Source of the DNA: Myxococcales bacterium
GTDB lineage: Bacteria; Myxococcota_A; UBA9042
DNA length: 64,000 nt
Direction of reading: 5' to 3'
Assembly (NCBI GenBank): GCA_037441385.1
Contig: JBBISH010000014.1
Location: forward strand, 410 to 64,409
The notes beneath the pieces were generated by a model. The model ran no database searches. It was not told the origin of the DNA and was given only the letters and a program-made list of their open reading frames with translations. The translations under genes and the position numbers were made by a program. This document shows, piece after piece, positions 38,918 to 46,838 of the stretch (the stretch's first letter is position 1; every line of letters begins with the position of its first letter).

Positions 38918-40768
38918 CTACGGGGCTTCTTCCACCCACAGCGTGGCGTGTGCGGTCTGGCGGCCGTCCGAGGCGTACTGGCCCACGTCTTCCAGGATCA
39001 GGTGGTTCCACCACACCGTGAAGGTGTGCGCTCCGGCCGGGACGTTGGTGGCGATGCACGAGATGGTGTCCGCGCGCACCTCGTCGGTGTTGCCGTAGTA
39101 CTCCGAGCCGCAGCCCCAGGGCGTGGGGATGACCTTGTCGTCCATGCGGACTTCGATGCCGCCCCAACCCCAGCTGCTGTGGGTCTCTAGCGCGCCGGTC
39201 ATGACCTGAATCTTTAGCACCGAGGCGGCCTGCTGCTTGGTCAGGGTCGCCTTCAAGTTGGTGTCCAACTGAGCCCAACCGCCGCCGGCGTTGCCGGTGT
39301 GGGGGCCGGTCACGGTGGCCGTGGCATAGTTGAGCTTCTGCGGGATGGAAACGCCATTTACGGTGCCGTCGACGAGGAGGTCGCCCTTGACCTGCACCTT
39401 CTTGTTCGACAGGGTCTGGATGTTGATCGACCAGTTGAATTTGCCGTCGAACCCGCCCGAGCCGCCGCCGGCAAGCAGGTCCTTGACCGTCACCGACCAC
39501 GCACCGGCGATGTTCTTGCCCACCCAATCCTTGTTGATATCGCCCGAGACGATCGCCATGTCGCTGTTGAAGTTCGCCGTCAGCACCGTGCCGGTCTTGG
39601 AGCCGTCGTACAGCACGTAGGGCGACGGCATGCCGGGACCGTACAGTTCGATGCGCACCTTGGCGACGTTGCTGTTGTTTACCGTCATCGAGATCCAAAC
39701 CTTCTGCGCCAGGCCGATGTCCGGGAAGGACAGGGTGTCGGTCACGCCGGCGGTCAGGCCGTCTTTGATCGCGACATCGGTCGTGCCCGCCTTGCTATCG
39801 ACAAACTGGTTGAAGATCAGGCCATTACTGACCTCGTCGATGCCATCAGCCGGCATATCTTTCTCGCTGAGAATGCCGCACACCAGGCTGCCATCCGCCG
39901 CCAGCCCCTTGACGACCAGCCCGGTGCCGCAGCTTTTGCCCACCTGAGCCAGCACGGGCGCGTCCACCAAGTCGGCGTATTTCCCGGTCGATGCCACCTT
40001 GGCCAACTGCGGCTTGTCGGCCAGATCGTTGTAGCTGCCGGTACCGGCCACCGGCGCCAGCGACGCGGCCTTGACGTAGTCCGACAGGTCACTCTTGGAC
40101 GCCAACCCAACCAAATCCGCGGCTTTCGCATAGGCGGCCAGGTCGGCACTCTTGGCATAGGCGCCCAGGTCCGCCGCCTTGGCATACACACCCAAATCCG
40201 CGGACTTGGCATAGACGCTCAGGTCCGCCGATTTGGCATAGGGGCTCAGGTCTGCGGTCTTGGCATAGGCCGCCAGGTCGGCAGACTTGGCATAGGCCGC
40301 CAGATCCGAAGTCTTGGCAAAGGGTTGCAGCACGCCACCTTCGAGCATCGCCGCGGTGATGCAGCCCGAGCACTCCAGCCCTTCGGCCACCACGGCGCGC
40401 TGCGCGTACAACACCGACGCCAACGGCTGCCGCGGCAGCTCGGGATCCGAACCAATCTGCACGCCGATCCAGGCCTTGCTCAAGCTCAGGCTCGCGGGTA
40501 CGAGTGGAGTCTTCGTGCCCAAGTTCCAAAGGAACAAGCCGCCTTGCACGTCGACGCTGACGGGCCCTTCGCTCCAGACCGCCGAACCACCGGCCTCCGC
40601 CGCATAGATGGCAAAGGTCACGTTGTAGCTGCCGTCCGAGACGGTCCCCCCGGCCTGCGACGTCAACCGGCCCTGGGTGATGGTGGTGGGCGGCACAGCG
40701 GCCTGGGCGGTCGCCGCGCCACACAGGGCGAGCAGACTGAACAGCAAAGTCGATAGGCGCAGATTCAT
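38918..40768 (-). CDS. Paralog of the 13911-16127 modular tail-fibre-like secreted protein: same N-domain, 8 YAKxxDLxx repeats, P-domain-like module, different (non-FReD) beta-rich C-terminal domain
   Basis: The signal is MNLRLSTLLFSLLALCGAATAQA. The N-domain is about 60% identical to the paralog, including the shared LECSGCI motif. The C-terminal ~200 aa are unrelated to FReD. Confidence 0.7.
   Translation of the reverse strand: MNLRLSTLLFSLLALCGAATAQAAVPPTTITQGRLTSQAGGTVSDGSYNVTFAIYAAEAGGSAVWSEGPVSVDVQGGLFLWNLGTKTPLVPASLSLSKAWIGVQIGSDPELPRQPLASVLYAQRAVVAEGLECSGCITAAMLEGGVLQPFAKTSDLAAYAKSADLAAYAKTADLSPYAKSADLSVYAKSADLGVYAKAADLGAYAKSADLAAYAKAADLVGLASKSDLSDYVKAASLAPVAGTGSYNDLADKPQLAKVASTGKYADLVDAPVLAQVGKSCGTGLVVKGLAADGSLVCGILSEKDMPADGIDEVSNGLIFNQFVDSKAGTTDVAIKDGLTAGVTDTLSFPDIGLAQKVWISMTVNNSNVAKVRIELYGPGMPSPYVLYDGSKTGTVLTANFNSDMAIVSGDINKDWVGKNIAGAWSVTVKDLLAGGGSGGFDGKFNWSINIQTLSNKKVQVKGDLLVDGTVNGVSIPQKLNYATATVTGPHTGNAGGGWAQLDTNLKATLTKQQAASVLKIQVMTGALETHSSWGWGGIEVRMDDKVIPTPWGCGSEYYGNTDEVRADTISCIATNVPAGAHTFTVWWNHLILEDVGQYASDGRQTAHATLWVEEAP
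40033..40321 (-). repeat. 27-bp coding tandem repeats (8 YAKxADLxx units plus degenerate units)
   Basis: The encoded stretch runs FAKTSDLAA YAKSADLAA YAKTADLSP YAKSADLSV YAKSADLGV YAKAADLGA YAKSADLAA YAKAADLVG and onward. Confidence 0.7.
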
Positions 40769-40994
40769 GGTGGGCTCCCGGCGGGGACGAAAGGGCACGC
40801 ACATCCAAAGGACGATGCAGGCTGCGGAACGGTTGGACAGACCCGTCGCGGGCCGCCCCGCCGACCCCGCGCCGCACGCAAATAGGGTACGTCTGGCGCC
40901 AGAGGTGGTCAAACCCCATGAAACCACAACATTACGTTTACCTGACAAGTTTGCCACAGCTCTGTAGCTACGCGAGACGCCGCGAGGGCGATGA

Positions 40995-41040
40995 AGCGCA
41001 AAAAACGGCGACGCCGGCAGAGGTTTTGCCCCCTGCCGGC
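40995..41040 (-). terminator. Candidate Rho-independent terminator for the tail-tube gene (minus-strand hairpin GGCGCCGGCAG-N12-CTGCCGGCG, 7-nt spacer, TTTTTT)
   Basis: The inverted repeat spans 41011-41040 on the plus strand and is followed on the minus strand by the A6 run at 41000-41005. Confidence 0.45.
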
Positions 41041-41047
41041 GCCGACT

Positions 41048-41140
41048 CGTACTTTTTGCTGTGCGAGCTCTTTTTGGCTGTGCGAGCTCTTCTTGGCTGT
41101 GCGAGCTCTTCTTGGCTGTGCGAGCTCTTTTTGGCTGTGC
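41048..41140. repeat. 19-bp tandem repeat GGCTGTGCGAGCTCTTYTT x ~4.5 (each unit has a GAGCTC palindrome) in the 3' UTR of the tail-tube gene, ~280-370 bp upstream of the paralog gene
   Basis: Direct reading gives four near-identical units followed by a degenerate unit. Confidence 0.7.
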
Positions 41141-41231
41141 GTGCTTGTCAGCTTGTGGCTGTTGCCTCTTGAGCTACGGCGAGCCTTCGACCCGCGCGTC
41201 GTGCCCCGTCTGGATCACAGCCGCGTCAAGA

Positions 41232-41663
41232 TCAACCGCGCTCCAGCTTCTCAACGGCCAGCTCGAGCTCTTCGACGTTGACGTCGGTGCCCTTGCCGTC
41301 CAGGGTGAAGCCCTTCCACTTGGTCGGCCAGCCCTCGAAGAAGTTGTAGCGCATGATCTCCGAGCCGTCGTCGGCGCAGAGGATGACCGAGCCCGACTTG
41401 CGCTGCACCTTGCCCTCGACGACGGCCTTGCGCCATTCCCAGAGCTCAGTGTTGTTGATGTAGCCGCGCTTGAAGGTGATGTTGCTGTACTTGGTGCGGC
41501 CCGGGCGCTTACGCAGCACCATATCGTCGCCGTCCTGGTACTCGATGATCTCGGTCTCGCTGTCCAGGCCTTCCACGTTGCGGAAAGCACCCTGGGTGAC
41601 GCCTTCGATCTCGATCTTGAAGTTGAAGTTACCGATGTGGTCGAATGCACGACGGTTAGGCAT
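41232..41663 (-). CDS. Phage tail tube protein of the T4 gp19 / eCIS Afp1-Pvc1 type (PF06841-like), stand-alone
   Basis: The sequence FNFKIEIEGV...FRNVEGLDSETEIIEYQDGDD...KRPGRTKYSNITFKRGY...ELWEW matches the conserved phage-tail-region-protein signature. No sheath or baseplate genes lie nearby. Confidence 0.7.
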   Translation of the reverse strand: MPNRRAFDHIGNFNFKIEIEGVTQGAFRNVEGLDSETEIIEYQDGDDMVLRKRPGRTKYSNITFKRGYINNTELWEWRKAVVEGKVQRKSGSVILCADDGSEIMRYNFFEGWPTKWKGFTLDGKGTDVNVEELELAVEKLERG

Positions 41664-42061
41664 GTCACTTCTCCGGCCCCCTTCGAGGGCCTGGGCGGTT
41701 GCGCCAGCTCAGAACGGCTTCTGGTCCGGCATCTTGTGTTTCCACCCTAGTTCGCCGCGCGGCGCGTGCCAAACTCCACAAGACGCTTTGGAAGGTAGCC
41801 CCTCCGCCGGGCCCCCGCAAGTGTCAATTGCGGCAGCCCCGCGAAATCGGCCACAGGGTGGGACATGCAGACCCCGATGAGGTCAAATCCTCCGGGGGTA
41901 CGGGGGTCTACAGGGTCGGTTCGCGCGCGAGGCTGGCCCAATTCACGCCTGATCGGCCGCGATCGCGCCGACGAAGAATCGCGGCCTGGGCCGCATAATC
42001 CGTTGACCTGCTTACGCAAATAAGCGAAGCCGGTGAACGAAGCCGGTGAGCGAATCCGCCT

Positions 42062-43018
42062 TCAGAATCCTTCGGGCAGTCCGCCTGGCGCGGCCGGGTC
42101 GCTTGGTTCGGCGGTCGACGTGCCGGTCGCAGGCCGTTCAGCGGGCGCGGCAGGCCGCAATTCGGGCTGATCTTGCAGGGGATCGCGCCAGCGCGGCCGT
42201 TCGGTGGCATAGAACGCCGCGCCCTTGCTGCGCCCCAGCGACCGCACGTAGTGCACCAAAGCCCAACGATCCGCAACCAACGGAATGGACTGATCATACG
42301 ACGGCATGGGCGAGCCATCCAGGCCGGTGACGAAGGTGCGGTAGACGTCGAGCGGGCGCATGCCGCCCTTGTAGACGCCGTAGGTAAAGTCAAAGACGTG
42401 ACTGGGGGTGCCGTCGCTGTTTTTCGCGGTCGTTGCCGCCAGACCGTCGCCGCGCCCGTCAGCGCCGTGGCACTCGCCGCACTTGAGCTGGGTGTAGAGC
42501 TGGCGACCGCGCTCGATACTAGCTGGCGTTTCAGCGACTTCGGTAACATCAGCTGGCACGAGCAGGTCGTCGACCTGGCGCGGCTCGGCGGCAAAACGCG
42601 GCGACAGCGTCTCTAGGAACAGGACTAGCGAAAGGAGCTGCCGGTCGGTCAGCTGCTCTTGCCAGCCCGGCATCGCGCTGCCCGGCAGGCCCAGGGCCAG
42701 GCTGCGGAGCAAATCGGCGCGCAGCGGGAGGGCGCCGCTGGTGGTGGAGCGAAAGCGGTACTCGCCGCGGGTGAGGTCGCGCGGCCGCGGGAAAAGGTGC
42801 TCTGCCACTGGGGATTTGCCGTCTCCCCTGGGCCCGTGGCAGCCGCTGCACAGGGCGCTGAACAATTGCCGGCCCTCTGCCGGGGTGGCCGGCGGTTCGG
42901 CAGCGCTTTCTGCTGGCGCAGGGCTGGGTTGCACGCCCGCGCCGCCACAGGCCCCCAGCGCGATGGCGAGCAGGGCGGAGGCGGTGCAGGCCGCGCGAAG
43001 TTGGCTAAAGGAAGCCAT
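42062..43018 (-). CDS. Dihaem c-type cytochrome lipoprotein (cytochrome c4/Cyc1-like)
   Basis: The signal is MASFSQLRAACTASALLAIALGAC. It has two CXXCH motifs, CSGCHGPRG and CGECHGADG. Its start overlaps the upstream gene end by 14 nt. Confidence 0.7.
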   Translation of the reverse strand: MASFSQLRAACTASALLAIALGACGGAGVQPSPAPAESAAEPPATPAEGRQLFSALCSGCHGPRGDGKSPVAEHLFPRPRDLTRGEYRFRSTTSGALPLRADLLRSLALGLPGSAMPGWQEQLTDRQLLSLVLFLETLSPRFAAEPRQVDDLLVPADVTEVAETPASIERGRQLYTQLKCGECHGADGRGDGLAATTAKNSDGTPSHVFDFTYGVYKGGMRPLDVYRTFVTGLDGSPMPSYDQSIPLVADRWALVHYVRSLGRSKGAAFYATERPRWRDPLQDQPELRPAAPAERPATGTSTAEPSDPAAPGGLPEGF

Positions 43019-44126
43019 GGAGTTGCACCAGCAGTTCGTCGGCGTTGCCCGCCGGCCGTTGGGGGATGTCGCGGTTCTTCCGGTACTCCAAGCGAATTTC
43101 GGAGAACTGCAGCGGGAACCAGCCCAGACCGACCACAAAGCGGTCGCGCTCGTTGTTGGCGATCTGCCGCGAAGGGTCAAAGGCTTCGAACCGGCCACGC
43201 AAGTGCAGGCCGCGCCAGAGCTCGAAATCGCCTTCGGTAAAGAGCGAATACTGGTCGTAGATCTCGGGATTGCCGATGCCGCGAATCCAGTCGATCGAGC
43301 CGAGCAGCGTAAGCCGCGCCAGCCGCATCCCACCGTGAAGACCGGCGGTCACGGTTTGGAAGGGGAAGTCGCGGACCGATGTGTCATTCCACGCGGCCGA
43401 GGCGTAGAGGCGCCACCACGAGTCGAATACCCCAACCGTGGCAGTGAGTTGCTTGGCCAAGTTGCCGTCCGCGCCGCCCAAGCTGCCGTTGCTCAGCGAC
43501 AGCGCTGCCGACCAGTGCTTGCCGGTGGCGCCGACCTCGATGCCCAGGTCTTGGTTGGCGTAGTTGAAGCCGGTCTGCTGGCGCATGAACGCGGTGTCGT
43601 CCCAAATCCGCAGGCCGTACGGCAACATGAAGCGCCCGGCCTTGAGGTAGAGCCCGCCCGGCAGCGCGCCGTACAGCAAGAAGGCCTCGCGGGCCGAGGC
43701 GCCTTCGGGGGCGACGACCTCGTCGACGTACACCGAGAGCGCGTCGGGCACGACGTCGGCGCGGAGGTAGAGGTTGCCCTCGCTGATGTCGAAGGAATTC
43801 GAGGCTGGGGTGGAGTACTGCTTGCCCTGGATGGCCGTATGCGCGGGCAGGATGGTTCGGTGATCCAGGCGGAGATTGGCGCCAAAGTGAACCGTTGAGC
43901 CGAGTTGCGGGTCAGCGGCACCGACACTGCGCCAAGTGGGCAAGTGGGTCTGGGCCCAGGCGACGCCAAAGGCCGTGCGCATGCCGCCGCCGGTGCGGTT
44001 GACGTGGCAGTCGCTGCACGGCAGCCCTTCGCGCAAGGCAAAGCGCGGCTCGGCCTGCGCGCCAGTAGACCACAGGGTCACCGCGGCACATACGCACAGG
44101 GCGAGAGCGGCGAGGGCGCGAGCCAT
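43005..44126 (-). CDS. Cyc2-like fused monohaem cytochrome / predicted outer-membrane beta-barrel protein
   Basis: A signal peptide is followed by a single CXXCH (PCSDCH) about 12 residues into the mature protein. Some 320 aa follow with the alternating aromatic/polar pattern typical of a porin. It is TGATG-coupled to the upstream PSCyt gene. Confidence 0.5.
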   Translation of the reverse strand: MARALAALALCVCAAVTLWSTGAQAEPRFALREGLPCSDCHVNRTGGGMRTAFGVAWAQTHLPTWRSVGAADPQLGSTVHFGANLRLDHRTILPAHTAIQGKQYSTPASNSFDISEGNLYLRADVVPDALSVYVDEVVAPEGASAREAFLLYGALPGGLYLKAGRFMLPYGLRIWDDTAFMRQQTGFNYANQDLGIEVGATGKHWSAALSLSNGSLGGADGNLAKQLTATVGVFDSWWRLYASAAWNDTSVRDFPFQTVTAGLHGGMRLARLTLLGSIDWIRGIGNPEIYDQYSLFTEGDFELWRGLHLRGRFEAFDPSRQIANNERDRFVVGLGWFPLQFSEIRLEYRKNRDIPQRPAGNADELLVQLHGFL

Positions 44127-44755
44127 CAGTTTTCGCCTCCAAGATCCGTCGGTTGCAGCATGTCGCCTCCGCCATCCTGCGTGTCCGGGCCGGGTTCGCT
44201 TGGGCCGGGTTCGCTTGGGCCGGGTTCGCTGGGCTCGCCGCCCGCATCGGGCAGGGGCACCGTGAGCACCTCGGCGTCGGCGGGCTCGTCCTTCCAGTCC
44301 GTGGTGGCGCCAGCCGAAATCCAGTGCCGCAGGGATGTGATCTGCGCGCTACTCAAGAAGGGCGGCCCAGTCCTGGGCATCCGCGAACCCACGCGCCGCG
44401 GATCGCTGCCGATCACCTTGGCCATCAGGTAGCTGTCCTCGGGCTTGCCTGGGGCCACCCGCAGCATCGCCGGCACCTCCGACGACGCCACACCGACCAG
44501 CATCTTGTACGCCGAAGCCGTGTCCAGCGCCAACCCCTTGGGCGCCGCGCCGCCGTGATGGCACGGCTGGGCGCAGGTGGGCTCCAGAATCTGCGATTGG
44601 ATCTCGGGCCACGTCTTGGGCCCGGTCGCGCCAGGCTCGGGCGGCGCCGGCACCCCCACGCCGTTGCCCACGCAGCCGGCCATCGCCCAGCCGAGCAGCC
44701 CTTGCATCGCCCAGCGCGAGCGCGACAATACAAGGAGCACCGAGGCCGCCGACAT
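44126..44755 (-). CDS. PSCyt1-type (planctomycete cytochrome c domain) lipoprotein with one CXXCH and C-terminal PSEPG repeats
   Basis: The PSCyt1 pattern is ...ILEPTCAQPCHHGG...GLALD...PGKPEDSYLMAKV...MP...ITSLRHWISAGA. The signal is MSAASVLL...WAMAGC; an alternative start at M17 (44707) is possible. Confidence 0.6.
   Translation of the reverse strand: MSAASVLLVLSRSRWAMQGLLGWAMAGCVGNGVGVPAPPEPGATGPKTWPEIQSQILEPTCAQPCHHGGAAPKGLALDTASAYKMLVGVASSEVPAMLRVAPGKPEDSYLMAKVIGSDPRRVGSRMPRTGPPFLSSAQITSLRHWISAGATTDWKDEPADAEVLTVPLPDAGGEPSEPGPSEPGPSEPGPDTQDGGGDMLQPTDLGGEN
44187..44240 (-). repeat. 18-bp x3 tandem repeat coding (PSEPG)3
   Basis: The plus-strand unit is gggccgggttcgcttg. Confidence 0.6.
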
Positions 44756-44772
44756 GAAGCACCCTTGTGTCA
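44751..44772 (-). promoter_or_regulatory. Instance 3 of the 23-bp motif (minus strand): TGACACAAGGGTGCTTCATGTC, overlapping both divergent start codons
   Basis: This is the reverse complement of gacatgaagcacccttgtgtca. The CATG at 44753-44756 supplies an ATG on each strand. Confidence 0.5.
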
Positions 44773-44966
44773 TCTTACTGATCTTAATGGCGATTGTGGC
44801 AACCAGCTGCGTTACCGTGCAGCCGTGGCAGCGGGGCACGCTGAGCGAGCCGGCGATGGAATTGAAGCCGCGGCTGGGTAGCGAATTCCACAACCACGTG
44901 CGGCAGGTGCGCGAAGCGGCCATCGGCGGCGAGGGCGGCGCGGGCGGCGGCTGCGGCTGCAACTGA
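44754..44966 (+). CDS. DUF4266-family small lipoprotein (71 aa, C-terminal GGCGCN)
   Basis: The sequence is MKHPCVILLILMAIVATSC...VQPWQRGTLSEPAMELKP...GGEGGAGGGCGCN. The 5' codons are AT-rich. It is convergent on the DUF3570 gene. Confidence 0.6.
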   Translation: MKHPCVILLILMAIVATSCVTVQPWQRGTLSEPAMELKPRLGSEFHNHVRQVREAAIGGEGGAGGGCGCN

Positions 44967-44998
44967 TCGACGCGCGGCGGCATCCGGCTCCTGAGGGT

Positions 44999-46108
44999 CT
45001 AAAGATCAACGGACAAGGCAGCTTGGAGGATGCCGGTCCAGGTGTCGGCCATGGGCACAAAGGCGCCGTTGACCAGCGTGCGGAAGTCGTCGTAGCGTTC
45101 CCAGCCCGCCATGGCCTGCAGCACCGCCTCCCAGTTTTGCCAGCGAGTGCGCAAGGTTAGCTGAGTGCTGTCGGCAATCTGACCAACCAGGCGGCGGTCG
45201 CGCGTCATGTACTCGCGCTCTACGGAATACATCGCCCGCTCGAAGCTGGCCCGCGACTGCCAGTAGAAGCGATTGCTCAGCTCGACTTCGACCGCATAGT
45301 GGAACTTGAAGGTGGCGCCCAGCTCGGCCGTGTTGGCGCGGACGCCCCAGGTGTCGACGTAGCCGCGGTAGAAAGCGCGCAAGAACCAACGGTTGCTCAA
45401 GGCCTGGCGGCCCTCGATCGTGACGCCGTGGCGGGTGCGCTGATCGGGATGCTGCTCGGCGACCCACTGCGCGTGGTCTTTGGTCCACAGGTCGACCGTC
45501 TTGGGCACGAGGGGCACCATCCGATAGGGACTGGACTGAAAGCCGTTGATTTGCTGCAGAGTATACGCCAGCGACAGGACCGCAGTGCGGCTGATCAGCT
45601 GGGTGAGGGTGGCGTCGAGCCGGTGACTGGTGCGGTCGTGCCACAGCGCTTCGGGCTCGCGGACGCTGCCCAGCCGGTCCAGGCCCACACCATAGGTCAA
45701 TGATGTAGCCAGGTTGCGCGACAGCCACTCGCGAGTGGCGCCCAGGCTGACGGTGTGACTGCGGGTGTCGTTTTCGGTGCTGTAGGTATAGCCCGCGTGG
45801 CCTGCGAGCCCTTGCTCGTCGTAGACGGCCTGCAACCCCGCTTCTTTGCGGACGTCGTGAAAGCGCGCGCTGGCCCCCGAGATCATGTCCACCGAAGCGG
45901 CCGAAATGAAATCCGTTTTCAGATCGGCTTGGAGCGAGGCGCCGCTCTTGACGCGCTGCCGGGCTTGGACCCACGGCGAGATCACCTGCAGGCCATCGTT
46001 GTTGCGATACACGGCCGTGCCGGTCGCTGCGTGCGCCCCCAGTTCGTCGGCCCGGACCGGCGCCGCCAGGCCAAACAGCGCGCACAGCACGGCCCAATGC
46101 CACGCCAC
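44999..46108 (-). CDS. DUF3570-like predicted outer-membrane beta-barrel protein (GTG start)
   Basis: The signal is (M)AWHWAVLCALFGLAAPVRA. The sequence has alternating Y/W/F beta-strand periodicity. The other minus frame is Arg/Pro junk. Confidence 0.55.
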   Translation of the reverse strand: MAWHWAVLCALFGLAAPVRADELGAHAATGTAVYRNNDGLQVISPWVQARQRVKSGASLQADLKTDFISAASVDMISGASARFHDVRKEAGLQAVYDEQGLAGHAGYTYSTENDTRSHTVSLGATREWLSRNLATSLTYGVGLDRLGSVREPEALWHDRTSHRLDATLTQLISRTAVLSLAYTLQQINGFQSSPYRMVPLVPKTVDLWTKDHAQWVAEQHPDQRTRHGVTIEGRQALSNRWFLRAFYRGYVDTWGVRANTAELGATFKFHYAVEVELSNRFYWQSRASFERAMYSVEREYMTRDRRLVGQIADSTQLTLRTRWQNWEAVLQAMAGWERYDDFRTLVNGAFVPMADTWTGILQAALSVDL

Positions 46109-46140
46109 GCTGGCCCAATGGAGCCCCAGGCGCGGCGCGA

Positions 46141-46670
46141 TCACGGCAGCACCCAGTCGACCCAGTCGGCGAGGAGCTTGTAGTCGGGGTCGTCGCGGCT
46201 GGCGAAGATCTCGAAGCCGCTGCCGTGACGGATGCCACCTTGGTCCAGGGGCAGGCACTTGAGCAAGAGTTTGCAGTTATTCAACGAGGTTACGCCGCGC
46301 AAGCGGTTGCGGATGGCGTCGTAGTTCCACGTGAGCTCGGCCTCGGTCAGGCGCGTCTCGTCCAACGGCGTCTCCGCAAACTCGGGAGGCGCGCGAAGGA
46401 AATCCACGGCGTACAGCTTGAGGCTGCGATGCGGGTCGCCGTGGCAGGCCGACGAAGCACAGCGCCGCCCCAAGACCGGTTGCACGAAGGTGACAAACTG
46501 GCCGTAGTTGGGTTTGGGCGGTACGTAGCGCGGATTGTCTATGGACTCGCACCCGGCGACGGCGAGCAAAACAACACTGATTACAAGAACTTTGGCCAAA
46601 GTGCGCCGCAGGAGCCGCCATGGTCTGGTCCGCCGCGGGGGGCTTGAAAGGGGTTGCAGGTGGCCATTCA
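46141..46670 (-). CDS. PSCyt1-like lipoprotein with degenerate haem motif (CX4CH)
   Basis: The signal is MNGHL...VLLAVAGC. The pattern FVQPVLGRRCASSACHGDP...LLLKCL...DDPDYKLLADW parallels the 44126-44755 protein. Confidence 0.5.
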
Positions 46671-46838
46671 TCTCGGCACGACGCGGCTCTCTTGCGGTTG
46701 CGCGCCCCCCATGCCGTCTGGACACCGACCAGGGCCGCGGGAGGTGGCGATTTGGCGTTTGCGCGACCCCTGCGGGCGGTGGTATCAAGCAAGTGGAGAT
46801 CGGAAGAGCACGCACACCGCCTGATTCGATGCTATGCA

